From positions 120,776,001-120,840,000 of the forward strand of contig NC_043001.1 of the NCBI RefSeq assembly GCF_006345805.1: DNA of 64,000 bases. The letters are read 5' to 3'. This document shows positions 1 to 12,860 of the stretch, in pieces (position 1 is the stretch's first letter; each line of letters starts with the position of its first letter). The notes under the pieces were generated by a model, which had not been told where the DNA came from, made no database searches, and was given only the letters and a program-made list of their open reading frames with translations. The position numbers and the translations under genes are program-made. The DNA is from Octopus sinensis. Its lineage: Eukaryota.

Positions 1-69
1 TATCTTTTGTCTTTACAAATATATAAAACTTGATAAACTAAAAAGTGTAATTGATGTTAGACAGTTTAA

Positions 70-282
70 CCCTTTCGTTACTGTATTTCTTTTGAGATGC
101 TCTGTGTTTCTTTCAATTACTTTAATATAACAAAGAATTTAGTAAAATTATTTGGTTATCATTAAGCTAATGTTAGGAACATAAATTGTGACTAAGGTTT
201 GATGGAAGATTTTAATTCAAACCTTATGAAAACAAAACATTTGTACTCAGAGCCGGTTTCAGCCAGGTTGGTAACGAAAGGG
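70..282. mobile_element. piggyBac-type MITE (213 bp)
   Basis: TTAA at 66-69 and 283-286 flanks perfect 12-bp TIRs CCCTTTCGTTAC / GTAACGAAAGGG. A second copy lies at 61768-61976 in the opposite orientation. Confidence 0.85.
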
Positions 283-1949
283 TTAAGTAAAGAGTCTGTG
301 TTCATTGCGTATCCAAGAACTTGGATCAGTAATGTGGTTTAGTCTTAATCAACGTGCTATTAGCAGGAGTCTCTTCTTGGTAACATTTGAGGTAGAAAAA
401 ACTCCAGCAATTGTGATGCAAACTAAATCCACTCAGTTTTTCAACCTCAGGCACCACAATACTGTGGCAGTAACAATAGTTATAAAAACAATGGTACATG
501 TATCCAACATTGAAAATAAATTTATTTTCAATACCAACAAGTTAGAGCAGACATTGTGCATCACTGTGAATGTATGTAAACAACTGGATGCAGAGTTTTG
601 TAGTAAATAGAAGAGCAAAGGATGAAATAACAATTCAATTGTACCACTTTGTCTTGACCTTTCTCAGGCCTTTGTTTACCTTTTTTTATTCAGAGTTTCC
701 AATAATAATAACAACAAGCATCACAGTCTGTAACCCAAAGCACAATATAAGTATTCACACAGAAACACATGCACACACACACAAGCTAGGTACAGTTTGT
801 CTACCAAATTCACTCATAATTCATTCTCTTGGAGCTATAGTGGAAGACATTTACCCAAGATGCTCCACAATGTTAATAAATTCAAAACCACGTGGTTGGT
901 AATGAACTTTTAACCTCCCAGCCAGACTTTGGCCTAACTAACTTTACGAACTACACAGTGATACATACATACACACATATGAGAGAGAGGCAGACAGACA
1001 GAGAGATTAAAAGGTATTATATTAGATAAATTAATTTATAAATATACAGACATTTTTTACTGAATTGTGTAAAGCTTCAAATATTTCTAGATGTTATTAC
1101 TTTTACAGCTTTGTTTAAAATTCTAAATCTCAAAGAATTTTCCAAATATTAGCTCATCTCAGGGTAATGAGTTATGATTCTGTTTTAAGAACTGAAATGG
1201 GTGAAAATTAGGTTAAGAAATATTTTTCCGTACCTTTTAAGCATTTGCAGAATATAAAGCAAGTGTGATGACGTTGACAATTTATAGGTAACATCTGCAT
1301 TTCGTACCCACCATCAAATTCCTTTAATAATTTCAATAAGATTGATTCTCACCACAAATGTACTTATTTTCTCAGTACTTTTTTTTTTGTACTTTTCATT
1401 GTTTGGTCAAGAGGAAAATACAGTATTCATAACCTTTTGATATTTCTCAAATATTGGATGAGATTGATGTAACTTATGCTTAGTTTCAATGTGTGTAAGT
1501 CAGCAAGAAAATGTTGGCTGGTAAGGAAATTCCAGACAGTTGACATTTTGAATAGGTTGGATAAAGTGGTCCATGTAGTGCCTAAGCAGTGAGACACTAA
1601 GCAGGAAAGACATGAGGAAGAGAGAGAGAGAGAGAGATGTTCTGAAAGTGGTCTTGGGTGGAGGTTGTACACAATTAGATAAATTGTCAAAACAAAACCT
1701 TTCATAATAGTGTTAGAACAGGTGGAGTGGTGACAACATTTGTATGGAGAGTTTATTCAAGTGTAACAGTCCTCATTTCAGCCACCGCTGAGGAAGACTG
1801 GTTACAGTTGGTCTCCTTCATTGTGGTCCTTTTTGGGGGCCTGAAATCTTTATCCTTTGACCATCAGTCCAGCATGCTATCGGCTCTAAAACTGTGGATC
1901 CCATTAGAATAATTAATTATATAATATATATATATATATAGATTAGTAG

Positions 1950-4578
1950 TTAGCGACTTCAGGATCAGAGCTAAATGGTTGCCCAGAAGAAGACCAGCTT
2001 GGAGGAGAAGGATCTGGAAGCTTAAAGATCCTGCAAATGAACAGAGATTTAGAGACGTACTACTCGAAGTCTTCGATGACATAGAAGGGGATATAGCTTC
2101 ACATGTGGAAGAAAACTGGAGGTTTCTAAGGAACATTCTGCTGACAGCCACTGACCAGATCTGTGGATGGAGCAAAGTCCCATCTCGACCCAGGGTAACG
2201 TGGTGGTGGAACAATGTGGTTGACAGGGCTATTAGACAGAAGAAACAGGGTTGGAGGGACTGGAAGAATGGAAGTAGCAGGGAATTGTATCAGACTGCCA
2301 GAAGGGAAGCTAGGAGACAGGTTTATTTAGCCAGAGGGGAAGCAGATAAGAAAAAAAATTTGCCAATGTTCTGCGCCGTGAGGACCAAAGACTTGAGGTA
2401 TTTCGTGTTGCAAGACAGTGTGTGAGAGAGAATCATGATGTGGTAGGAGAGAAATGTGTCCACATGGATGATGGTTCACTTGCGCTAAATGAGGATGCAA
2501 AGAGAGAAGTTTGGAGATGCCACTATGAAAGGTTGCTGAATAAAGAAAATGAATGGGATAAAGAGAGTCTGCCAAATGTCGACCCAACAGAGGGACCAGC
2601 TATCTGAGTTGACAGTCCTTTGGTAGTTAAGGCAATTAGAAGCATGAAGACAGGGAAAGCCCCAGGCCCATCAGGAATTACTGCGGAGATGCTCAAAATA
2701 TCTGGCAGTGTCGGCCATAGCCTAGTCACCCATATAGTTAACCAGGTTATACATGAAGGAGTCATACCCAATGACTGGTGTAGCAGTATAATAGTCAACT
2801 GCTACAAAGGTAAAGGTGATGCCCTAGATACAAATAATTACAGAGGCATCAAGCTGTTGGATCAGGTAATGAAGGTTACGGAGAGGGTCATAGCCCAACT
2901 GATTAGGGAGAGAGTCAACTTGGACAAGATGCAGTTTGGATTCGTGCCAGGGAAAAGCACCACTGATGCCATATTTCTGGTGAGACAGCTGCAGGAGAAA
3001 TACCTAGCCAAAAATAAACCTCTGTACCTGGCTTTCGTTCACATGGAGAAAGCCTTTGACAGGGTCCCCCGATCCCTTATCTGGTGGTCAATGAGGAAAC
3101 TAGGGATAGATGAATGGATAGTGAGAGCTGTACGAGCCATGTACAGGGATGCTGTTAGTAAGGTGAGGGTTGGCAACAAGTACAGTGAAGAATTCCGGGT
3201 AGAGGTAGGGGTCCACCAAGATTCAGTCCTCAGCCCCCTCCTATTTATCATAGTCCTGCAAGCAATAACGGAGGAATTCAAGACAGGCTGCCCATGGGAG
3301 CTCCTCTATTCTGATGACCTTGCCCTAATTGCTGAGTCACTATCAGAACTGGAGAAGTTTCAGGTGTGGAAGCAAGGATTAGAATCGAAGGGCCTAAGAG
3401 TCAACCTAGCTAAAACCAAAGTTCTAATAAGTAGGAAGGTAGACAAATCACAAACACCCTCAGGTAGATGGCCCTGCTCGATCTGTAGAAAAAGTGTAGG
3501 TAGAAACTCTATAAGATGCACCAAGTGTAAGCTATGGACACATAAGAGGTGCAGCAATGTCAAAGGAAGGCTAACTAGGAAAATAGTTTTTGTATGTGGC
3601 AGATGCTCGGGAGTAATAAACACTGAAAATACGCCGAGACTATCTTCCGCCACATTCCAGGGAGAAAAACTAGAAGTAGTTGATAGCTTCCATTACCTAG
3701 GTGACCAAGTCAGCAGCGGGGGCAGGTGTGCTGAAAGTGTAATTGCTAGAGTAAGAATAGCCTGGGCAAAGTTCAGAGAGCTTTTACCTCTGCTGATGAC
3801 AAAAGGTCTCTCGCTGAGAGTAAAAGGCAGATTGTATGACGCATGTGTACGAACAGCTATGCTACATGGCAGTGAAACATGGGCCGTGACTGCTGAGGAT
3901 ATGCATAAGCTCGCAAGAAATGAAGCCAGTATGCTCCGATGGATGTGTAATGTCATTGTTCATACTTGACAGAGTGTAAGTTCTTTGAGAGAAAAGTTAG
4001 ACCTAAGAAGCATCAGTTGTGGTGTGCAAGAGAGACGTTTGCGCTGGTATGGTCATGTGGTGTGAATAGATGAAGATAGTTGTGTGAAAAAGTGCCACAC
4101 CCTAGCAGTTGAGGGAACCTGTGGAAGAGGTAGACCCAGGAAAACCTGGGACGAGGTGGTGAAGCACGACCTTCAAACTTTAGGTCTCACCGAGGAAATG
4201 ACTAGAGATCAAGACCTATGGAAGAATGCTGCGCGTGAGAAGACCCGGCAGGACAAGTGAGGCTATAATCCCGTGGCCTACACCTGGGATGTAACCAGCC
4301 CACCTATGCATTCCTTTCCTTCTTGGGACACAAAACTCCACTTGTGAAGACCTGTTGAGGCAAGTGAAAATCAAAATCGTAACCTATCAACATCAATGGA
4401 ATTTGTAGCTCTGATACCAGTGCCAGTGGCACGTAAGAGAACCATCCGAACGTGGCCGTAGCCAGCGCCGCCCGACTGGCCTCCGTGCTGGTGGCACGTA
4501 AAAAGCACCATCCGATCATGGCCATCTGCCAGGCAAAAAGCAGCCACTACACTCACGGAGTGGTTGATGATGATGATA
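1950..4578 (+). mobile_element. RTE-clade LINE, 5'-truncated at the end of the APE endonuclease, degenerate
   Basis: Starts after (TA)n with RLVVSDFRIRAK..RRRIWKLKDP (post-APE region). RT ORF remnants, GC-rich modular 3' UTR and (GAT)n tail at about 4565-4578. Highly similar to the copy at 25764-28230. Confidence 0.92.
2620..3969 (+). pseudogene. RTE reverse transcriptase ORF fragment with PHD-like finger; catalytic motifs mutated
   Basis: 449-aa ORF with KAPGPSG, NYRGIKLL, QFGF.PGKST, HMEKAFD (D>H versus the other copy), HQDS (G>D), YSDD (versus YADD), then CSIC..CTKC..H..C..CGRC at 3469-3606. Flanked by in-frame stops and a frameshift. Confidence 0.9.
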
Positions 4579-5315
4579 TATTGCGGTGATGGTCAAAATC
4601 TAAACTATATCTAGTTCTGATTAATCTGGTCTGATGAAGATTATACAATGTCAACAACAACAATAGAATGGTTAGTTTCAGTAAACATTGATTTAACTCA
4701 TTCATGTAGAGTACTTAAGATAGTAGAGAGCAGTAGATTCAATATTTTATATCTAAAATTTTAATCTGCAGAGAGAGGGGTGGGAGCAGGGGGGTGGAAA
4801 GAAACAGACAATGAGCTAGGGAACATCAAATTAACTTAAAGTTGATGGATAGTTTTGTTGGTTTACATAGTAACCAAGATTGCTTTTTCTCTCATAAGAA
4901 TATATATAGGTTTTCATTGGTTGCTTGCCGTATGCCAATACAAAGCATTTGATCAGATCAGAATTAGCTTTGTTCAAGGAAAAGTTTATCTTTTTTCTAA
5001 CCATGTACTTTGGTTTATCGAGATTACTGTCAGAATTATCAGTTTATTCTAAAACATATGTCTAGAATGTAGGATAAAAATTTTGGTGAATAACCTTATC
5101 AGTCTGAACGATTGCCAGCCATGGCACCATGAATCTTCCTGGAGTTGAACTGAACAAGTTGAAGAATGGAAATTGAAAGCAATTTGATGAGTCCTCCCAG
5201 AGCAGCAACTATTGTTGGGTATGAGTGAGCATATGCAAACCTCTGTGGTTAGAGCTTATTGTCGAAAAGTTTGTGGAATGTTTTTGAGATGCTTTTTGCC
5301 AATAACCATTATTAT

Positions 5316-5469
5316 GGAGTAAAGATAATTTGCCAACATAACACGGCAGTCCTGGTTTAGGACGAATGCTCCTGTAAATTTAGCCCCAGGAGACATTGTC
5401 TCCAGTTGGCTATATGATACGATCCTAAACCAGGACTGCCCTGTTATGTTGGCAAGTTATCTTTACTCC
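5316..5469. mobile_element. Short fold-back/MITE-like element (47-bp arms)
   Basis: GGAGTAAAGATAATTTGCCAACATAACACGGCAGTCCTGGTTTAGGA (5316-5362) is the near-perfect reverse complement of 5423-5469. Confidence 0.7.
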
Positions 5470-5775
5470 AAAGTATTGCTGCTGAATATCTCACATAGTG
5501 AGATTTACAAATAATAACCATTATTATACTCAAATGGAGTTCAGTAAGAATTTTGTTTTTATCTGTTTGCTATTTTTTAATATAATAAAGTAACAAATAG
5601 CTATTAAATTTAGATACATTTTGAGTATTCCATTTATTTAAATCTATTTAGATAGTCTTGTTGGCATTGTATCAAGAACAAATATATTTGCAATATACTG
5701 GAATAAAATTTTTGCCCTGTTTTGAAATATGTTTCTTTATTGGCTCTGCAAATTTTAAGCTATTACAAACAAACA

Positions 5776-5828
5776 AACACACACACACACACACACACAT
5801 ATGCACACATTCACACACACACACACAC

Positions 5829-5872
<44 letters not shown>

Positions 5873-5943
5873 TGCGCACACACATACACACACGCACACA
5901 CAGATGCATACACATACATGCATACACACACACATGCTCACAC

Positions 5944-5976
<33 letters not shown>

Positions 5977-6097
5977 TGCGCACACACATACACACACACA
6001 TGCATGCACACTCACACACACACACACACACACACACTCACATGCGCACACACATACACACACACACATGCACACACTCACATGCACACACACACAC
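5776..6097. repeat. Compound (CA)n microsatellite with CTCACATGCG interruptions
   Basis: About 320 bp of CA repeats with recurring higher-order units. It produces the spurious His/Thr ORFs. Confidence 0.95.
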
Positions 6098-6494
6098 ATT
6101 TACAAAGAAAAATTTGACAGTGATTTTGAACTTTTACTGATCATTGTTTTTATCAGTCTGCTGACAACTATTGGCAAAACTTCAAAGTTACTATCAAACA
6201 TTTCCTTGTAAAAGTACAACTTATACATTACTTAAATCTGTTGAGTTTCTCTCAATGAATGCCTGACTGTCTTCGTGTATAAATTTACATACAACACACA
6301 CCACACATACACATATATATATGTATATGATAGATAGATACATGTATCTGTATGTTTGGGCATGTATGTATATTACAAATACAGGATGTTCAGGCTAAAT
6401 TTGAAAGTTTGCACAAAAGAAAAACACAATATTCCATCCAAAAATAAAAATATTTTAGAAAATCAAGATATATCAACTAGATTATGGTTGGGAG

Positions 6495-7120
6495 ATAAGT
6501 TAACGCAAACCAGCCACCTTCAGTTCCCACCACAGCTTCAAGACAGCTCCTGAACCTAGTGCTAGCATTCCTTACTGTATCCTTTGGGAGATCTTTGAAC
6601 ACTTCCTTGATCTTAGCCACTAACTCAGCCTTGGTGTTACAGGTAGAGTGGTTGGTGTCTTTTAGTAATCCATTATATTACAATTGAGGGAAGTAGGAAG
6701 CCAGAAAATGGGTTTAGGAAAGTTATGGAAATTTTCTGACAACCACTTCTGACTCTTTCGGGAGATCTGGCAAGGAGCCTTGCAGCAAAAAATGGGTCTG
6801 GGAAAGTCATAGAAATTTTCTGACAACCACTTCTGACTCTTTCGGGAGATCTGGCAAGGAGCCTTGCAGCAAAAAATGGGTCTGGGAAAGTCATAGAAAT
6901 TTTCTGACAACCACTTCTGACTCTTTCGGGAGATCTGGCAAGGAGCCTTGCAGCAACTAGCTTCTCCAGTCAGGATTTGATTGCAGTCTCCAACAGCTTC
7001 ATGTAGCAGTCTGAAATGAGCCTAAGGGCCCTGTAAGGCAACATAATATCACCATCACTAGAAACACACCCAAATACCATAAGAATTTGGGGGAACTTGG
7101 TTTCATGATGTCCATGTCAT
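6495..7120 (-). pseudogene. Tc1/mariner-superfamily (maT/DD37D-like) transposase remnant
   Basis: The minus strand reads KFPQILMVFGCVSSDGDIMLP..KLLETAIK..APCQISRKSQKWLSENFYDF..WLPTSLNCNIMDY..TNHSTCNTKAELVAKIKEVFKDLPKDTVRNASTRFRSCLEAVVGTEGGWF, a degraded C-terminal catalytic region. Confidence 0.72.
6705..6956. repeat. Tandem repeat, 3 x 84 bp
   Basis: TGACAACC occurs at 6737, 6821 and 6905. Copies 2 and 3 are identical; copy 1 diverges at its start. Confidence 0.95.
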
Positions 7121-10100
7121 GTTTTACTGCCTTCACAGAGCACTGATCAGCAGTCACGATGTCGATATTTTGATGCCGAGCATGAATCAACATGATAGAA
7201 GTAACTCTCTTTCAATATTCAGAGGGCTTCCAGTCCCCTATGTCAGCTGACTTTTTCCCAACTGCAACTTTAATCATTATATTCTTTAATGCGATGCCGT
7301 TAACTGTGCACTAATGCATCAAGCTGCTCCAGTACCTTGTCCGATATCCTGCCAGTAGAATTTAGTGAAAGGGGGAAAAACTGCACAGAAGCTAATTTCA
7401 TATTTGTGTGTGTGTGAGTGTGTGTGAATTCCAATGAAGTGTGTACCAGACATATACTGAATTAAATTATCAAATTGTCTCGCTTTTTATCAATTAATTT
7501 TGTGTGATCACAAAAATTGTAATATTGATATGTTTTTTCCTAACTTTTACCCAGTTTTCTCCAGAATTTTAATTACTCATTTGCTATACATTTAATCATT
7601 GTCTTTTGTTTTGTTCATCATCATCAGCATAAGCATTATCAGTTATTTTTGTATAATTTAATTGTTTGATAAAGAAATGGCAGAATGCCAACCTGGAAGA
7701 TCTTCTTTGGGCATTTCTATTTGAATTGAACATTTTCTTGCCTTATTCCTAGTTTACTATGGAATTGACCACAACCAACCTAGAATTTCTTTGTACAGAC
7801 CAGTTCTGTGTTTCACAGGAAGTGACACAAGCCATTACATTGCTTTAGTAAAACTGCTTCCAGCCACATCTTTATTGAATATTTTAACTGATTCGACATC
7901 GTAATACAAGCTATGTAAGATGGATAGGAGGCTTTTAAATTTTGATTCTGCATTCTTATATGTACTATATCTTCACAAGTATTTTTGAATAAGTTATCCT
8001 TCAAGTTTTCTTTAAAATAACCTTTTTCTTTTTTTTTTTTCAAAATGTATTCTAGTTCATACAACATTTCATAAGAAATTGTATAAGATGGAATGACAGC
8101 ATTTAAGTTTTGAGTTTACATTCTCATTTAGTGTGTTAACTGTTCACCTGTCCTGTATATCACATGATATACAGGAATATATTTCCCTAGCATCTATACA
8201 TAATATTTGATACACATTTCCAGTATTTTTTCCAATTAGCAGAGTAACTTCAGACTTCTAAAAAGAAAGTTTTATATTACCCAGAACATGTTAACTAAAA
8301 TTCTGAAAACAAACATGGACATTTAGGACAAACTTATGAAAATGCTATGGACAAGCAGTGGATAAGCAGTTATTAGTGTATTGAATAGTATACTTTGCAG
8401 CCTTTCTGTGGTTTCAAGAAAATTACCTGTCTAGGTTGTTCGATTGGCAGAATTGTTAGAATGTTATATGAAATTCCTCATAGTATCAGTCTGGGCTATC
8501 TTTGTTCTGATAACAACACTTGCATTTCCCTTGATCAGTGTTTCTGTTGAGAGAGGAAACTTCCATGCATGAACAAATGTTAGTCCTCAAGATAAGCAGC
8601 TCCGAACAGAAAGGGTCATATGCCCTATGAGGATATATCAAGATGCTATTAAAGTGGATTTCAAAACATTTTCATTGTGTGCATAGCTTTAGGCATACAA
8701 GTAAATATACATTAAATATTGTAAGAATATAAAGATCAAAACGAAAAGAATATTTCCAGAATTGTTTTTGATATGGTATACATTTCTTGTAACACTAGCT
8801 TACGTAAGGTTTATTAAGCTATATGAGTAGTATTTTGTGCAGGTCTGAAGTAGACAGTTCACTTTTAAGACTGGTTTAAGAAAATAATTACTTTTTATAA
8901 TTGGCTTTGAAGAGGAGCAGAGCTCATAGCTCATGCTGATCCTTACATATGAGTTAAGTCAATACAGTTAATGTCTATTTTGATCTTCTAACAGATTCCT
9001 CACTGACCCTTCCACACAATCTTTCTGGAGAGAAAGTATAGAGAAAAGTATTTTATATAGTTTGTTTAGATTAGGTGAAACACAGTAGATGCAGTGATGC
9101 AGGTACATCAAAGGTATTCAGATTGGTTGGTGTTGTATGATGTTTTTGAGTTCAAAAGAGCTAAAGCAATTATTGTAGCAATGAAAGAGAAAGCGGACGA
9201 ATAAAAGACATCAGTGGATTAGTGAATGTAAATATGTTGATAATTGAAGACTTGCTCATCAGATAAACGGCCTGTTTTGGATATGTTTGTAAATGGCAAA
9301 GCACCATCACAGACCAATGCTCTAACATTCAGTACATATCCATTGATGGAAAAAGAGCTTACCAAAAAAGTTAGGTTTATGCCTTGAAAGTAGATTGAGT
9401 TTATTTTCTTAATATATAGTTTCTAAAAATATAACTGACCTATCTTGGATCAAATAATAAAACATGAATTCAGGACCCAAACAAGACCGTTTTTATAGAT
9501 ACAACCATTTAATGTAACTTTTTAATTATAGAATCCCACTTTGAAAGCAAACTGATGTATCCTTATAGAATAGCAAATATCAGTCTCAGTGGCAGGAGTA
9601 TATTGTTTGAAAACTTTCTAAACTGTTCCCTAGATGATGTCATTCACCAGTAAACTGTTTTCAAACAGAGTTATGTCAAAACCTTTCCCTTTTAAATGTA
9701 ATGAAATAACTGTGAGCTATTACATTTAGATGCCATTTTTATAGCTCCATTTCATTTGCAAAGAGATGAAAGATAAGATCTAAAGTCACATACAAGTTTC
9801 TGACTTTAATATCATAAAACATTCTAACCTAGATGTGAAGGTCTAAATGTATTGTTTGTCATCGGCTCTGTTTAAATTGGAAAACATTCTCATTGTTATG
9901 AGCTCAGTTTTTGATGTATGTAAGTAAATGCACATTAAATTAAATATTGCTGGTGAGAATATAAAGATCAAAACAAAAAGAAAGGGGGAGGCAAATACAT
10001 TCCAGAACGCTTATACAGTTGTAGTAGATAACAGCAATTGAGATTTTTTACTACTCTTTTTTTAATCAAATAATCAAGAAGAATTTACCAACAGAAACGG

Positions 10101-10649
10101 TCATCAAGCAATCAATGCTTCAGACTAGGTAATCATTTCAGCTTTTTAACACATCTTTAAATATTAGAAAACAGCTCCATGAAAAATACACCGAATGTAG
10201 AAATGAATGGTTCATAAAAAAAGGTAAAAGGTTGCAGGCATGGTTGTGTGGTTAATGAGTCTGATTTTCAATCACGTGATTTTAGGTTCAATTCTGGAAC
10301 TGCCCAATGTCTAGTAAGTAGAATTTGGTTGACAAAAACTGTCACCTCCTCCTTTCCTGATTTTCTTCTCTGCACTGGTTCAATATAATTTATTTTATCA
10401 AATTTTTGTTCCCATATTTAAGATGAGGGCCACCTCACTTCCAAACTTGATTCCTTCATGGTAATTTCCTTTAATTTAGATATAGGAATCTTTCATTTTA
10501 ATACTTCAGACTTGATATTCTATCTATCAACATTGCTTGTTTTTGTTTCAGTCTGAACATTTTCCCAACATAACAGCTTGGAGAATTTCTTGGCTCTCCG
10601 ATAAAGAAATTCAAAGTAGTTGCTGGTATTGATTTCAGCCAACTAAATT

Positions 10650-10688
<39 letters not shown>

Positions 10689-10693
10689 TCATC

Positions 10694-10725
<32 letters not shown>

Positions 10726-10747
10726 TCATCATGTGTGAGTCTGTGTT

Positions 10748-10950
10748 TATCATCATCATCATCGTTTAATGTCTGTTTTCCATACTGGTATGAGTTAGAC
10801 AGGTTGACAGGAGCTGGCCAGACTCCAATTGTCTGTTGTAGCATGATTTTTATGGCTGGATGTGCTTCCTAACACCAGCCACTTTATGGAGTGTGCTGGG
10901 TACTTTTTATGTGCCACCAGCATGGGCGCATTTTATGTGGTGCTGACATG
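10748..10950 (-). mobile_element. Solo RTE 3'-end fragment (degraded)
   Basis: (CAT)n-CGTTTAATGTCTG..GGATGTGCTTCCTAACACCAGCCACT..TTTTATGTGCCACC matches the RTE 3' UTR at 25764-25945. Confidence 0.75.
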
Positions 10951-10964
10951 AAATCAGAGAGAGC

Positions 10965-11800
10965 AAGCTATTGGATGTCTCCATGCTGCACAGCTTCCAT
11001 GGATCATTGCTAATGACTTGAACTGTAGTATTTGGACAATTGAGGGGCTGAGGGGATGATACAATGCCACAAACAGCACGGAGGATCATCCATGCAATGA
11101 CTGATCGAGGGTCACAATGGCACATCAAGATCATCACCTTCACCAACAGCACTTGCAGGACTGATTCTGGAGGGCAACAGAATCAGCTAGGCAGATCATA
11201 GGGAGTCACCATAGAACTATTTGTACAGAGATGGCTCACTGCTAGCTGAAACCTTTCAATCTGTCTTGCCAATGTCTGGCTAGGGGCCCCATCCTCACAG
11301 ATTGTCATCGATGGGTATGTCTGCTGTGGGCTCAAAAACATCAGAACTGGTGACGTCAGCAATGGATGACTGTAGTCTTCTCTGACAAAAGTTGATATTG
11401 CATTTCTGTGGCAGATGGCAGAGATAGGGTTTGGAGAAGAAGAGGTGGACGTCATGCTGATGGCTGAGTGGTGGAGAGAGACTCATGGGGAGGACAGAGC
11501 ATCATGGTAAGGGGTGGGATTGCACTCAACCAGAAACTTGGACCGGTGGTCTTCCAAAACAATGGTCAAGGCCAGGGCTATGGAGTAACCACTGCTCGCA
11601 ACATTGACCAAGTGTTGAGGCCTCACATAGTGCAATACTTTGCCCATCATTGGAATCATGTGTCCCAACACGACAACACCTGTGCCCATACTGCCAGGCT
11701 GACAACAGACTTCCTCCAACAGCACAACATCCAGACACTGCCATGCCCTGCCCTAAGTCCGGATTTGAACTCCATAGAGCACCTGTGGGATGAAGGCTAA
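10965..11800 (+). pseudogene. Tc1-like (DD34E) transposase remnant
   Basis: The ORF at 11468-11800 reads GGQSIMVRGGI..IDQVLRPHIV..QHDNTCAHTAR..PCPALSPDLNSIEHLWDE. Upstream are degraded HTH-like frames (IIANDLNCS.., TMAHQDHHLHQQHLQD). Confidence 0.85.
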
Positions 11801-11833
11801 ATGACATCTCTCCAAGGCTGACAACTGCAATAT

Positions 11834-12008
11834 AATGTGAAATAATTCTTTTGGGGAATGGTGGATCTCAGAGCAGATGATGTAGCTATAAATAGAGGAG
11901 TTAAAAAACCCTTTGGATAGGAAAAGTTGAAGGTTGTCCATGGAATTCAAACCCACATCTCCTGTAAATACGACAGACTTTGCAGCATTAGCCTATAGCA
12001 ATCCTTCA
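11834..12008 (-). repeat. tRNA-like-headed short repeat, copy A (copy B at 12679-12860)
   Basis: Two similar copies about 845 bp apart. The minus strand has an A-box-like GGC(C/T)AATG and a B-box-like GGTTTGAATTCC. Confidence 0.5.
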
Positions 12009-12305
12009 CTGTAAGTTTTAATATCCCCATGGCCTTCATCAATCGTTTGGGGGCATTCAATGTACATAAGATGCCTGGCGATAATCAATGCTAACAGTGG
12101 TCACATGAGATATTGAATTCATCTCATTGGATCCAGGATATTCCGTCATCACATGACACCATGTGACGTCAAACATGTTTCAGGAAATGACGTTTTATCA
12201 TTAGGAAAGAACGGTTTCTTAATTAGCACTCTTTAATCAAAGCTATGGCAGTCTGTTAATAAACCGTTTTCTATTTACTATGTGTGTGATGTTTCTTTTG
12301 TGGTT

Positions 12306-12383
<78 letters not shown>

Positions 12384-12678
12384 AAGAAAGAGAGAGAGAG
12401 AGAAAGAAATGATGTTGGAGATTAAATAACAATAACAAAATATTGGAAAAATTTTTTTTTTAATATATATATATTCCAAGTGAAATACACTTTCACAAAC
12501 GCTTCAGAGAACAAGAGAAGTGAAAGAAAAATAGTTTTGGTAGAGCAATGTTAACCATATGCTTGTTTATCATACACATGTAAATCAATTTAGAACTTAA
12601 CCACAAACAAGCTATTTCAGTACTAAACTCTGTGTGTGTATGTGTGCTGACACCATAAGAATATATAAACTTCAATAG

Positions 12679-12860
12679 AATGTGAAATAATTCTTTTGGG
12701 AATTGGTGGATCTCAGAGCAGATAGAGCTATAAATAACAGCATATAGATAGAGGGGTTAAAAAACCCTTTAAGAAAAGTTGAAGACTATCCATGGAATTC
12801 AAACCCACATCTCCTGTAAATATGACAGACTTTCTTCCATTGGCCTAAAGCAGTCCTTCA
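12679..12860 (-). repeat. tRNA-like-headed short repeat, copy B
   Basis: Shares AATGTGAAATAATTC..GGTGGATCTCAGAGCAGAT..CCATGGAATTCAAACCCACATCTCCTGTAAAT with 11834-12008. Confidence 0.5.

Noticed and set aside
5658-6211. His/Thr-, Cys/Val- and Tyr/Ile-rich ORFs here and at 14.6-15.8, 42.1, 46.2-47.4 and 60.0 kb
   Set aside because: They are translations of (CA)n/(TG)n/(TA)n microsatellites.
8705-9985. About 50-bp degenerate direct repeat (ACATTAAAT..GAATATAAAGATCAAAAC.AAAAGA) at about 8710 and 9932
   Set aside because: Short and AT-rich with no structural or coding support.
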